64,000 nucleotides of DNA from a virus (IMGVR_UViG_2816332268_000002:32001-96000); one strand, 5' to 3'; shown: positions 18,801 to 27,283, numbered from the stretch's first letter. Notes: a model not told the origin generated them from the sequence alone. Program-made: numbers and translations.

Positions 18801-20299
18801 CTCGAGGCGCTGGCATCGCGGCAGGCAATATCGGCCTGATGCCGAATGGTGGGCGAGTCCTCGTCGGCACGACGACTGACGACGGCACGAACCTGCTGCA
18901 AGTGGCCGGCACCGGCATGTTCTCGAACGCCGTTTCCGCCTACAGCAGCACGAACGACACGCAGGTTACGTTGTCGACGTCAAATTACAGCGGCGGCGCA
19001 ACGCTGGAGGCGTTCAACAAGGCCAACACGTCCAAAAAGAACATCGCATTGGCGCCTTGGGGTGGACGAGTCCTTATCGGGAGCGCGGCTGACGACGCCA
19101 CGTCTCTGCTGCAGGTGGGCGGGAAGGCGCGGTTCACCGGCGACGTGCGGACATCCGATTCGAACGGCTTCCGGGTTGTGTATGGCAACTACGGCGCTTT
19201 TCTGCGAAACGACGGCTCGGACGTTTATCTCCTGCAAACGGCGAGCGGGGATCAGTCTGGGCTGTGGAATAGCTATCGGCCGTTTGCGTGGAACCTCTCG
19301 AGCGGCTATGTCTCGATCGATAGCACGGGCTCGGGGGCTTCGTTCGGGGGCAATGTTGGAGTTTCGGGAACGCTGACGGTCAGCAAGGACGCCCGTGTCG
19401 CGACGACTGGTGGCAATCTGATGGTTGGCGGCCTTTCCTACGCAAGTGGCACGAACGCCACCATCGCGCCCGATGGAAACGTCTGGGGAACGCAGTGGGG
19501 CAGCCAGTGGCTCCGCACGTTCCTGGATACTACGTTCGTCCATAAGGCCGGAGACACGCTCACGAGCGATCTGCGTGTGCGCGCGCCGAACAACGCCACT
19601 GCCGCCGGCGCAGTGTTCGCTCGTCCGGATAACACCGCACTCGCATGGCTCCACGGCTCGATGAGCAACGGGGGCGCATACGGTTACTCGTCCTGGGCGA
19701 CGATGAACCCGGATGGCTCGTGGCGTGCGAACGTCATCACTGTGAATGGCACGGACAACTCCGCGACCATCATGAACTTGCGCGCCAACGGAGTGACGTA
19801 TCTCAGCGACCGAATCACTCTCGACCGCGCTGGCTGGCAGGCTGACATCGGGCTGCACAATAACCGGCAGGGGCAGGATTCGTGGACATACCTGCGCGCC
19901 CGTGACGGTGGCGGCCTCGAAGTCATCAACAGCGCTTACAACGGCGTGCCGTGGAACGTCAGCAACGACGGCCAGACGTGGCAAAACGGTAACCTGCACG
20001 TCGGCGGATCGACTTTGCAGACGGACGGGAATCTGTGGCAAGGCTATCGTAGCCGCTGGCTTTCCGACGACATGGGGAAGCTCGATGACGCATGGAATAA
20101 AGCGAACGACGCGCAAGTAAACCGGGCTGACCGGGGCGCGCAGTGCCAGATTGTGGCACTCGAAGAAGTTGGCCCCTACGATATGACCCAAGGCACGCAA
20201 TTTTGGATTCGTCGGGATAACCCGTGGGTCATGAATGGTATCGGGTTTGCGGGCGGTAACCGCTGCTGGGTCCGCTTCGCATGGCTCCGTAACAACTAG
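15881..20299 (+). CDS. long side tail fibre
   Basis: 1472 aa; Ala/Ser KTSETNA repeats as in lambda Stf; repeated GRVLIG..DDG..LQV.G and LRNDGS..YRP units. Confidence 0.9.
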   Translation: MAQLKVKCSIDNGGQTVTLPGQNVAYRIRANNIFLIVGEYVPYVVAADATFDGTSTKFTLAGAYQGQGGVGLDCAVATDFTVPDNLPTLSQGDVGTAAIFTKAMYQIQDMIKEVSPEGFAASISEIHASLNGAQQAQAAAAGSAGAAADSAANAAGSATAAAGSSSAAAASKSAAATSAANAKTSETNAAASATAAANSATSSANSASNSGSSASASAASSISAANSATNAANSASAAAASATNAKASETNSKTSETNAKTSETNAKASETSAASSKAAAATSATNAANSATAAAGSATAAAGSASAASASASSASSALTQVQGILTTMNALYLGKQSADPTKDNNGNPLVVGCEYFNTTTNQMRVYTSTGWQDQDATAETMAANATASASQAAGSATAADNSAAAAASSASSASSSKAAAATSATNAANSASAAAASQTSAATSATNAANSATAAANSAAQAQTAVSGYAKLDGSSPFTGPVSVNSAPTATSAQLSVKGASGANGVESKMRFWGTFGGTNTDTGSRLIASVRAGFDGGAWGKEYLDFLVNNSANDSQSDANQARAMRLTFGGRVLVGDTSDDGYSGLQVAGSGTFGGGVTSSGLDRGGANFRLMNGKDVLLRNDGSNFYFLLSNGSGTGASWNNYRPLTINVATGVVSIDDTGVGTYVGGQLNVKGMLNVSNGPAEGRALFGPSGGYYFGSATQAGFYLPSSGAMFAFDFAKKNLVIGSGSEVWHAGNLSSPAQTTGITMSGQFLAAEGSVGTPGIAFANDGAPDTGFFHVADGVFAITNNSRETMRFLAADGTYQNNRVLIGTTVDDGNMLQVGGNAVTRGLHRFGSGATTAWVNSDATWGYFRSNGNVSVGSEGATGSLQLLAGKAEAARLYPGGRMTIGGIADDGTTSLQSKGAIKAIGSVGAFVATNGGGDKQTSIILRREAAPTDQKQWEVLHGGDGAFTIRAVNDAYSQAQDAFYISRGAGIAAGNIGLMPNGGRVLVGTTTDDGTNLLQVAGTGMFSNAVSAYSSTNDTQVTLSTSNYSGGATLEAFNKANTSKKNIALAPWGGRVLIGSAADDATSLLQVGGKARFTGDVRTSDSNGFRVVYGNYGAFLRNDGSDVYLLQTASGDQSGLWNSYRPFAWNLSSGYVSIDSTGSGASFGGNVGVSGTLTVSKDARVATTGGNLMVGGLSYASGTNATIAPDGNVWGTQWGSQWLRTFLDTTFVHKAGDTLTSDLRVRAPNNATAAGAVFARPDNTALAWLHGSMSNGGAYGYSSWATMNPDGSWRANVITVNGTDNSATIMNLRANGVTYLSDRITLDRAGWQADIGLHNNRQGQDSWTYLRARDGGGLEVINSAYNGVPWNVSNDGQTWQNGNLHVGGSTLQTDGNLWQGYRSRWLSDDMGKLDDAWNKANDAQVNRADRGAQCQIVALEEVGPYDMTQGTQFWIRRDNPWVMNGIGFAGGNRCWVRFAWLRNN

Positions 20300-20310
20300 T
20301 AAGGATACCT

Positions 20311-20712
20311 ATGACTGAAGAATTTGTGACGTTGGATGAATTGCTGTTTGCCCTTCAGCAAGAGTATCCGGATTTGGTCGGAGGCAAGGATTACTTGCTT
20401 GCTCGGGCGCTCAATCCGGACGGCACGCCAAAGGAACATGCGCGAGTCCATAAGTGGCCTGACGGTATCGACAGGCCGGATGCAGACTGGATACAGGCGC
20501 ATGTCGCTGCGCACCGGAAAGCGTTCCAAGAAGCCCCAGTGCGTAATCAACGAGATCAGCTGTTGGCGCAGACGGATTGGACACAGGCAGCAGATGTGCC
20601 GGCGACCACCGCCGCACGATATGCAGCCTACAGGCAGGCGTTGCGAGATCTGCCGGAGCAGGCCGGCTGGCCGCTCGATGTTCAGTGGCCAACGCCACCG
20701 AATCGCACTTGA
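20311..20712 (+). CDS. tail fibre assembly chaperone (XkdW/APC-like)
   Basis: RNQRDQLLAQTDWTQAAD..YRQALRDLPEQ..WPTPP. Confidence 0.85.
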   Translation: MTEEFVTLDELLFALQQEYPDLVGGKDYLLARALNPDGTPKEHARVHKWPDGIDRPDADWIQAHVAAHRKAFQEAPVRNQRDQLLAQTDWTQAADVPATTAARYAAYRQALRDLPEQAGWPLDVQWPTPPNRT

Positions 20713-20754
20713 CACCGGGCCAGGCCCGATCACTTTCAACCACAGGAGCCAAAC

Positions 20755-21087
20755 ATGGCGATCAAGCAAGCAGTTGTTCTCGAATCCACCGGCGCTACTG
20801 CCGAGTATCACGTTGTCACTCAGGTGATGATCGATACGCTCAGCAAGACGACGAGCGCGACGATCATGAGCTACGTCTCGGCGGACACGCACACGTCGGG
20901 GAAGCAGCCGATTCAGGGCGCGACGACCATCTACATGCAGGGTATCCCCGATGCGAACGAGGGCGCGATTTCGTTCGCTGAAAAGCTGCTGATTATCAGC
21001 AAGCCGGAAGACGGTGATCAGACCGCCGGTGTGCTGCCGTATGGCGCGAACCGCTACATGCTCGCGGGAGGCACGATCGTCGAGTAA
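20755..21087 (+). CDS. phage hypothetical protein
   Basis: CAGGAG RBS, 110 aa. Confidence 0.65.
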   Translation: MAIKQAVVLESTGATAEYHVVTQVMIDTLSKTTSATIMSYVSADTHTSGKQPIQGATTIYMQGIPDANEGAISFAEKLLIISKPEDGDQTAGVLPYGANRYMLAGGTIVE

Positions 21088-21112
21088 TAGCCCGTTGATG
21101 TAGTCCATATAG

Positions 21113-21130
21113 TAAGTCACTAATGACTAT
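21113..21130 (+). promoter_or_regulatory. palindromic phage box TAAGTCA-CTAA-TGACTAT
   Basis: Matches consensus; upstream of the lysis cassette. Confidence 0.8.
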
Positions 21131-21200
21131 ACATCGTCGATGTTTGCGGATAACATCGGCGATGTTTTTATCCGCTGAGCGAGAGACTGCGAAGGGACTT

Positions 21201-21569
21201 ATGACCGCTGAAAAGGACAACGACGTGTCGGAGCTCGCCGCGCTGGGTAGCCAGATCAGGGACGTGCAGGGGCACGTCGCCGAAATCAAGACTGGGATGG
21301 GCCAAGTTGCGGACGCGATCGTCCGCCTGGCAGTGATCGAAGAGCGCCATCTGGCAACGCGTGCGCGCGTCGAGAAGCTCGAGGATCGCATGGTCGACGT
21401 ATCGAGCCGAACAACCGAGCTCGAGAAGTCGCACATCAAGTATGAAGCGCGGTTCGCCGGCGCCACATGGACGGCCAAGGCCGTATGGGCGCTGCTTGGA
21501 GGCGCTGCTCTGACTATCGCCGGCAAGCTGTTGATGATGGCAATGGCAGCTCCGGCCGCTACGCACTAA
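21201..21569 (+). CDS. coiled-coil membrane protein (holin/antiholin-like)
   Basis: Heptad coiled coil plus one C-terminal TM helix; precedes the endolysin. Confidence 0.6.
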   Translation: MTAEKDNDVSELAALGSQIRDVQGHVAEIKTGMGQVADAIVRLAVIEERHLATRARVEKLEDRMVDVSSRTTELEKSHIKYEARFAGATWTAKAVWALLGGAALTIAGKLLMMAMAAPAATH

Positions 21570-21581
21570 GGGGGCCGCGCC

Positions 21582-22124
21582 ATGAACATGACTTATTCCA
21601 AGACCGGACTGCAACTGACGGAGCACTTCGAGGGCTGCGTGCTTTACGCCTACCCGGATCCGAAGTCTCCGCTGGGGGTAGAGCTCCAACGCCGCGGGCT
21701 CTGGAAGAAAACGCTCGCCGGTGCGCCGATCGCTGCCGACCTACTCAACAAGTTGAGCGCGCGGCCGTGGACGATCGGCTACGGCCATACCGGGCCGGAA
21801 GTGCGTTACGGGCTGGTATGGACGCAAGCGCAAGCGGAGGCGGCACTGATGAAGGATGTGCAGGCTGCGGTCGACGCAGTCAACCGTCTCGTGAAGGTGC
21901 CGCTGAGCCAATGCCAGTTCGATGCGCTCGTCGATTTTGTCTTCAACCTCGGCGAAACGCGATTTGCGGGCTCCACCATGCTGCGTCTGCTGAACGCCGG
22001 TCTGTATGAGGCCGCCGCCAACGAATTCCAAAGGTGGGATATGGCAGGCGGCGTTCACGTTGCGGGCCTGCTGCGGCGCCGGCAAGCCGAAGCGCGGGAA
22101 TTCCGCTGCGAGGAGCCGGCATGA
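21582..22124 (+). CDS. endolysin, GH24 lysozyme
   Basis: FEG..L.AY.D...WTIGYGHT; QFDALVDFVFNLG; GLLRRRQAE. Confidence 0.95.
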   Translation: MNMTYSKTGLQLTEHFEGCVLYAYPDPKSPLGVELQRRGLWKKTLAGAPIAADLLNKLSARPWTIGYGHTGPEVRYGLVWTQAQAEAALMKDVQAAVDAVNRLVKVPLSQCQFDALVDFVFNLGETRFAGSTMLRLLNAGLYEAAANEFQRWDMAGGVHVAGLLRRRQAEAREFRCEEPA

Positions 22125-22390
22125 GCCTGCTTAAGCTGAAGATCTTCTTCCACCACTTGTTCACGGAAGTCGATAACGCGACGCCGGATCTGGCGAAATA
22201 CATGGCCGCGATCACGTCGCTGGACTTTGTGTTCACGCAGACGTGGGACACCGTCGTCAACAAGGTTCCGTTCAATGCTACGGCATTCGGCACAGGCGGC
22301 GCGGCTTTGTTCGCCGGCATCGGTGTGTGGATGGCTGTGAAGAAGGACTCCCCGATGAAGACCGACGATGAGACGAAGGAGGCAGGCTGA
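22121..22390 (+). CDS. putative holin
   Basis: 89 aa, two hydrophobic segments and a charged C-terminus, between lysin and spanin. Confidence 0.6.
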   Translation: MSLLKLKIFFHHLFTEVDNATPDLAKYMAAITSLDFVFTQTWDTVVNKVPFNATAFGTGGAALFAGIGVWMAVKKDSPMKTDDETKEAG

Positions 22391-22974
22391 TGAATCCGCT
22401 CGCGAAGATTGGTGTGCTTGCGCTTGCCTGCGCCATCGCCTTCGGCGCAGGCGCCTACGTCGACCGCCAGTTCGTGCTGGCATCGCGGGCAAAGCAGGAG
22501 GTGAAGGTTGTTGCGGGTGTAGCGACCGGCGTCGCAGTGGCGCAGACGAAGAGCAAGACGGTCGAGGCGGCAGTGACTGTCACTGCCGACAACATCGATC
22601 AGAACAAGGTCGCTATCCGTCATCGGGTTGCGGCGCAGATCAAGCGGGCCGTCGCGCCCGCGCCCACTCCCAGTGAGGAAGCACATGAAACGATGCGCGC
22701 TGCTTGCGGCGGCTTTTATCTTGATGTCGGCACTGTCCGCATGCTCAACGCAAGCCGCGCCGGAGTCGCTTTTCATTCCACCGCAAGCGGCGATGAAGCG
22801 GGCGACGCCGCTCCGGCCCTTTGCTTTACCGACTTCGTCGACGCCGACCAAGAACTGACGAAGCTCTACTTGGACCTGGCGCAGCGCCACGACGCGCTCG
22901 TCGATTCGGTGGAACAGTTTCAGAAGGAGCAGCGCGCGCGACTCGGTGTCGATGACACGCCGCTCGGCAAGTAG
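22390..22974 (+). CDS. inner-membrane spanin (Rz-like)
   Basis: N-terminal TM followed by a helical region; last gene of the lysis cassette. Confidence 0.75.
   Translation: MNPLAKIGVLALACAIAFGAGAYVDRQFVLASRAKQEVKVVAGVATGVAVAQTKSKTVEAAVTVTADNIDQNKVAIRHRVAAQIKRAVAPAPTPSEEAHETMRAACGGFYLDVGTVRMLNASRAGVAFHSTASGDEAGDAAPALCFTDFVDADQELTKLYLDLAQRHDALVDSVEQFQKEQRARLGVDDTPLGK
22685..22858 (+). CDS. outer-membrane lipoprotein spanin (Rz1-like), nested in Rz
   Basis: MKRCALLAAAFILMSALSA-C lipobox, Pro-rich mature part, GAGGAA RBS, +1 frame within Rz. Confidence 0.8.
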   Translation: MKRCALLAAAFILMSALSACSTQAAPESLFIPPQAAMKRATPLRPFALPTSSTPTKN

Positions 22975-22978
22975 GAAG

Positions 22979-23007
22979 CCTCCCCGAGCCGCATCTTCTC
23001 GGGGAGG
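22979..23007 (+). terminator. hairpin after lysis cassette
   Basis: CCTCCCCGAG-N9-CTCGGGGAGG; no clear U tract. Confidence 0.45.
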
Positions 23008-23128
23008 ATCTAGGATTGCTTGGGGCCAGGACCGCGCTCCCTCAATTTCTAACCTTTCTAAATTCCATGAACCTATACCTATAATTAATCTGAAACTTAT
23101 CAATAATGGAAATGAGAGGAAGCCCCAA

Positions 23129-23815
23129 GTGCTCCATGAATTTTTCGGCCAGTCGTTGACACCGGCGGATTGCGAAATGCTTGCGTTGTCTCGTATCGCG
23201 CCGTCGTCGCGGGCGGTGGAGGCGCTGCTATTTCTGCGTAAGTGGTTCGACTACCGCCATCTGCATCCCGTGCAAGCGACGTATCTATTCGCTCACGAGT
23301 ATCACGATGCAATCAAGCGGGCATACGCACGGCAGAAGGACATCCGCACTGTCGAGAAGATCAAGCCGATCGACGTAGCGGGGTTGTTCGATAGCCGGGA
23401 GCTGGCCGCCGTATGGCGAGCGAGGCAGGCGTTCGACGCGGTCGGATGCCGGTATGAGTTCGGCCTCGACTTCGTCGTGCGCCGGGCATGCGATCGCGGT
23501 TGGCGGACATTTCCCCGGCCCAACCAGCTCTATGCAGAAGAGGTGGCGCTGGATCTGCGCGACGCATGGATTGCCGAATGCAAGAAGTCAATCCAGCTGG
23601 CGCGTGACGAGCGTTTTCTGATTGAGAACTACCGCGGCCACCCTGACCAAATTGCATACCAAGCGTGGCAGATCGACCAGATCAAGAGCCGCGGTGGTAA
23701 CCGGGCAATGCTGCTTTCGCGGCTGCTGAGCGAGCGGGCCGTCTCTGAATCGGTGGCACGCGCGGCGTTCGGCGAGGTGACACTGCAGCAAGCGAAGCGT
23801 TTTTTTCTCAATTAG
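23129..23815 (+). CDS. phage hypothetical protein upstream of helicase (possible replication accessory)
   Basis: GTG start after GAGGAAG; KWFDYRHLHPVQATYLFA, PRPNQLY. Confidence 0.6.
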   Translation: MLHEFFGQSLTPADCEMLALSRIAPSSRAVEALLFLRKWFDYRHLHPVQATYLFAHEYHDAIKRAYARQKDIRTVEKIKPIDVAGLFDSRELAAVWRARQAFDAVGCRYEFGLDFVVRRACDRGWRTFPRPNQLYAEEVALDLRDAWIAECKKSIQLARDERFLIENYRGHPDQIAYQAWQIDQIKSRGGNRAMLLSRLLSERAVSESVARAAFGEVTLQQAKRFFLN

Positions 23816-23817
23816 AG

Positions 23818-23838
23818 TAAGTAAGCAATGACTATAAT
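23818..23838 (+). promoter_or_regulatory. phage box TAAGTAA-GCAA-TGACTAT fused to TATAAT; second half-site TAAGTCA at 23839
   Basis: A 24-mer here is identical at 26766; upstream of the Hfq-like gene. Confidence 0.85.
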
Positions 23839-23880
23839 TAAGTCATCGCTAATTTTTCATCAACTCACTGGAGTTCCAGC

Positions 23881-24264
23881 ATGACCCCCGAGCAAGCTCG
23901 CCAAGAACAGATCAACGCCGGCCGCCGAATGATTACGCTCGAGCATCGCACGCTCGAAAGCCGCACGGGCAGTGTCGCTCGTCCGCAGTATGGGGAACAG
24001 CGCCCGCGTGCCACCGCACGCCCGCCGAAGGGTCACGATGCCATCCTCAAGGCGATGCAGGAAGAACGTCAGCTCGCCACGATCATCACTACGGGTGACG
24101 TCACGTTCGAAGGGCTGGTGACCGGCCGCGACAAATATACGATCACGCTGCTGACCAAGCATCCGAAGGACTCGACGCGTCTGATTCGTCGCGTGTTCTA
24201 CAAGCATGCGATCGAACAGTTCTTCGGCGTGCCCCAGGACAGCGATACGTCGGCGGTGCAGTGA
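23881..24264 (+). CDS. hfq: Hfq-like (Sm-fold) RNA chaperone with N-terminal extension
   Basis: HDAILKAMQEER..ATIIT..FEG.V..RDKYTITL...VFYKHAI aligns with Hfq QDPFLNALRRER..VSIYL..LQG.I..FDQFVILL...MVYKHAI. Confidence 0.8.
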   Translation: MTPEQARQEQINAGRRMITLEHRTLESRTGSVARPQYGEQRPRATARPPKGHDAILKAMQEERQLATIITTGDVTFEGLVTGRDKYTITLLTKHPKDSTRLIRRVFYKHAIEQFFGVPQDSDTSAVQ

Positions 24265-25661
24265 TGAGCGTGGTGGCATTGTCAGCAGTGCCGTCGACGA
24301 CGCCGGCCGCAGAAGCGGCCGAGCCGCCGATGAGCAAGTTCCAGTTCGACGGTGACTTTCAGTCGCGTATTGCGGCCCTTACCCTGCGTGACACGTCCTT
24401 CAACCAGATGGTCGATGGGCTGGTCGAGCCGGGGCATTTCGAGTCTGAGATCGAGTCCTATCTTGTCAGCGTCGCGCTGCGCTACTGGAGCAAGTATCGC
24501 AAGGCACCGGCAAACATCGGCATCTACGCAATGCTATTGCGGGAAGACCTGGACGCCAAAGTGCTACCGAAAGCGCTCGGCGTTGCGGCGATCGCTCACC
24601 TGAAGAATCTGTTCGAGACGGACATTTCCGACCGCGACTTCGTGGTCGATCAGGTTGCGACGTTCGCTCGGCATCAGGCCATGCAGGCTGCGATGTTCAA
24701 GGCGATCCCGAAGCTCGACCGCAACGATTTCGACGGCATTTCGAAGCTCATGCAGACGGCGCTGAACGTCGGCGCGAACGCAGAGGGGGACACCTACGAT
24801 TTTGCGGCGTCGATTGACAACCGCACCGGCATCCGTCTGGAGCGCGCGTCGGGCAAGCTGCCGCCGCAAGGCATCACGACCGGCTACCGGGTGATCGACG
24901 ATCTGCTCTATCACCGCGGCTGGGGCCGCAAAGAGCTGTCGGTGCTACTGGGCGCTGCGAAGGCGGGCAAGACGACCGCGCTGATCGACTTCGGCATCGG
25001 TGCTTGGGCCGCCGGCCACAACGTCTACTACGCGTCGTGTGAAGTCTCGCGGGAGGTGATCTCCGACCGGATGGACGCCAACATCGCCGAGCAGGCAATG
25101 ATGGAGCTCGGGGCGCACACGCACGAAGTCCGCGACAAGGTTCGCCTGTTCGCAGACCGCGCGCGGCGCGCCGACGGCACGAACGCGAAGTTCATGATCG
25201 ACGAGTTCCCGACCGGCTCGCTGAAGGTGTCGGAGCTTCGTCGGCGTCTCGAGCGGTTCAAGCAGCAGGGCATCGTTTTCGATCTGGTCATCGTCGACTA
25301 CGCCGACATCATGTCGCCGGAGCGAGTCACGGACTCCGCGATCGAGAATTCCAAGTCGGTCTACGTTGACCTGCGCGGGTTGGCGATTCGAGAAGGGCTC
25401 GCAGTGCTGACCGCAACGCAGTCGAACCGGATCGGCGCGAACGCGAACGTCATCAAGGCCGAGCACGTCGCTGAAGACTTCAACAAGGTCCGTATCGCAG
25501 ACATCATCATTTCGATCAACCGCACCGAAGAAGAGCGCGCAGCGGGCCGGGCTCGGCTGTATTTCGCAGCGTCGCGAAACCAAGGCGGGGAATTCACGAT
25601 TGAGATCGAGCAGGCGATGGACCGGATGAAGTTCATTACCAAGGTGCTCGGCTTCGCATAA
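24264..25661 (+). CDS. dnaB: DnaB-like (SF4) replicative helicase
   Basis: Walker A GAAKAGKT, IVDYAD, TATQSNR. Confidence 0.9.
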   Translation: MSVVALSAVPSTTPAAEAAEPPMSKFQFDGDFQSRIAALTLRDTSFNQMVDGLVEPGHFESEIESYLVSVALRYWSKYRKAPANIGIYAMLLREDLDAKVLPKALGVAAIAHLKNLFETDISDRDFVVDQVATFARHQAMQAAMFKAIPKLDRNDFDGISKLMQTALNVGANAEGDTYDFAASIDNRTGIRLERASGKLPPQGITTGYRVIDDLLYHRGWGRKELSVLLGAAKAGKTTALIDFGIGAWAAGHNVYYASCEVSREVISDRMDANIAEQAMMELGAHTHEVRDKVRLFADRARRADGTNAKFMIDEFPTGSLKVSELRRRLERFKQQGIVFDLVIVDYADIMSPERVTDSAIENSKSVYVDLRGLAIREGLAVLTATQSNRIGANANVIKAEHVAEDFNKVRIADIIISINRTEEERAAGRARLYFAASRNQGGEFTIEIEQAMDRMKFITKVLGFA

Positions 25662-25670
25662 GGAGCAACA

Positions 25671-26774
25671 ATGGCGACTGACGATCTGTCAGAGCTGCTG
25701 GATACCATCGATATGCCCTCGTGGATGGATCGCGAGGGCATTTCTTATCGGCTCACGCACGGCCGATCGGGCCAGCAAATCAACGTGCGGGAATGCCCGA
25801 CGTGCGGCAACTCCGACTGGAAGGTCTACGTCAACGCCGACACCGGCGTCGGCAACTGCTTCGCCGGCTCGCACCCGGTCGAAGAGCGGATCTTCACCAA
25901 ATACCGGTTCATTCGCGACCATCTGGGTCGGCCGCACGGTTCGAAAGTCATCGAGCACATCAGGGCATACGCGCGCGAACAGGGCTGGCGGCCGGCGCGA
26001 CGTCAATCCGTCGAGGTCGAGAAGCATGTCGGCTGGGAGCTGCCGCAGCACATCGACCTACCTCATGAGGGGCGCAACCTCGCCTATCTCGAGAACCGCG
26101 GCATCACTGCGGACCTGTCTGCGTATTTTCACCTCGCCTACTGCCCGCGCGGTGCGCACTTCCGGTATCCGGCCGAGCGTGGTTGGGCCTACCAGGACTA
26201 CAGCGCACGCGTGCTGATCCCGGTGTTCGACATGGATGGGAAGCTCGCGACATTTCAGGGGCGCGACGTGACCGGCCATGCCGAGAAGAAGTATCTCTTC
26301 CCGCCGGGCATCGATGGATCGGGCGTGCATCTGTTCAACGGGCTCAACGTCCACGACACGAAGCGCATAGCGGTAGGTGAGGGCGCGTTCGACGTAGCGG
26401 CGATCAAGATCGCGCTCGACGCGGATCCGCAACTGCGCGACGTGGTTCCGGTGGGCACGTTCGGCAAGCACCTGTCGTCGGGCAGCGATAACAGTCAGCT
26501 CGCGAAGTTCATGTTGCTCAGGGAGCGCGGCGTCGAGGAGGTGACCTTCATGTGGGATGGGGAAGTTCAGGCGACCGACGACGCGGTCGAGGCCGGATTG
26601 ATGCTGCGCCAGCACGGGTTTCGCGTGCGTATCGCAATGCTTCCGCCCGAGAAAGATCCGAACGAGGTGCCTGCCGAGGTGGTGCGGCGCGCGTTCTATG
26701 GGGCGACGCTGCTGAACGGGGTGTCAGCGATGCAGCTCCGAATGAGTCGTCGTATTATGAATTCAAGTAAGTAA
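25671..26774 (+). CDS. DNA primase (Zn ribbon + TOPRIM)
   Basis: CPTCG..C...H zinc finger; FQGR; KYLFP; VGEGAFD; MWDGE; DPNE. Confidence 0.9.
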   Translation: MATDDLSELLDTIDMPSWMDREGISYRLTHGRSGQQINVRECPTCGNSDWKVYVNADTGVGNCFAGSHPVEERIFTKYRFIRDHLGRPHGSKVIEHIRAYAREQGWRPARRQSVEVEKHVGWELPQHIDLPHEGRNLAYLENRGITADLSAYFHLAYCPRGAHFRYPAERGWAYQDYSARVLIPVFDMDGKLATFQGRDVTGHAEKKYLFPPGIDGSGVHLFNGLNVHDTKRIAVGEGAFDVAAIKIALDADPQLRDVVPVGTFGKHLSSGSDNSQLAKFMLLRERGVEEVTFMWDGEVQATDDAVEAGLMLRQHGFRVRIAMLPPEKDPNEVPAEVVRRAFYGATLLNGVSAMQLRMSRRIMNSSK

Positions 26775-26788
26775 GCAATGACTATAAT
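26768..26788 (+). promoter_or_regulatory. phage box TAAGTAA-GCAA-TGACTAT fused to TATAAT
   Basis: Identical to the 23818 copy. Confidence 0.85.
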
Positions 26789-26815
26789 TCAGGTATCAGC
26801 AATTTCGGAGGTGTC

Positions 26816-27283
26816 ATGAAGCTACGGCGCAGCTTTTCCCAGCACGAGCTCGGCACGAAGGCATATCAGGTCATCGAGGTGGAGATCGATGACAAGTTCG
26901 CCGTCGTCAATCAATACGGCAAATTCAATCCTGGCGACTCGATAGAGGGGTGGAGCGCGAAGGTAGATCTGAGTGGGCCGTATTCGTGGACTAAGTCGCG
27001 CGATCTGCAGGACAAGAAGATCAACGAGAAGCGGCGGCGCGGCTACAAGGAGTGGGATGCGTCCGAATTGTCGTTTGGTTCGGAGCGCGAGCTGATGGAC
27101 GCGTTGAAGCGCCTCATCGGGCCATTCAAGGCCGAAGCAGTCCGGCAGCTTCTCGTCGGCGGGGCTTCCCGCGCGGTTTCCGATGACTCGCCAGTGGGCG
27201 CTCCCGAAAATGACACCAAGGGCAGCAAGAAAGTGCCCGCACCGCGAACCGAAGAATCGACGCCCGAATGGGCCACTTGGTAG
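26816..27283 (+). CDS. WGR-domain-like protein
   Basis: KAYQV..AVVNQYGK...KKINEKRRRGY matches the WGR fold pattern. Confidence 0.6.
   Translation: MKLRRSFSQHELGTKAYQVIEVEIDDKFAVVNQYGKFNPGDSIEGWSAKVDLSGPYSWTKSRDLQDKKINEKRRRGYKEWDASELSFGSERELMDALKRLIGPFKAEAVRQLLVGGASRAVSDDSPVGAPENDTKGSKKVPAPRTEESTPEWATW

Noticed and set aside
20301-20318. Additional box copies at 20301, 21589 and 52772
   Set aside because: Only a TGACT half-site matches; two are explained by ATG-ACT codons
15881-21087. Diversity-generating retroelement or invertible tail-fibre cassette
   Set aside because: No reverse transcriptase, invertase or near-identical template/inverted repeat seen
22946-23128. Upstream extension of ORF 22946-23815
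   Set aside because: Crosses a hairpin and the AT-rich promoter tract; RBS supports the GTG at 23129
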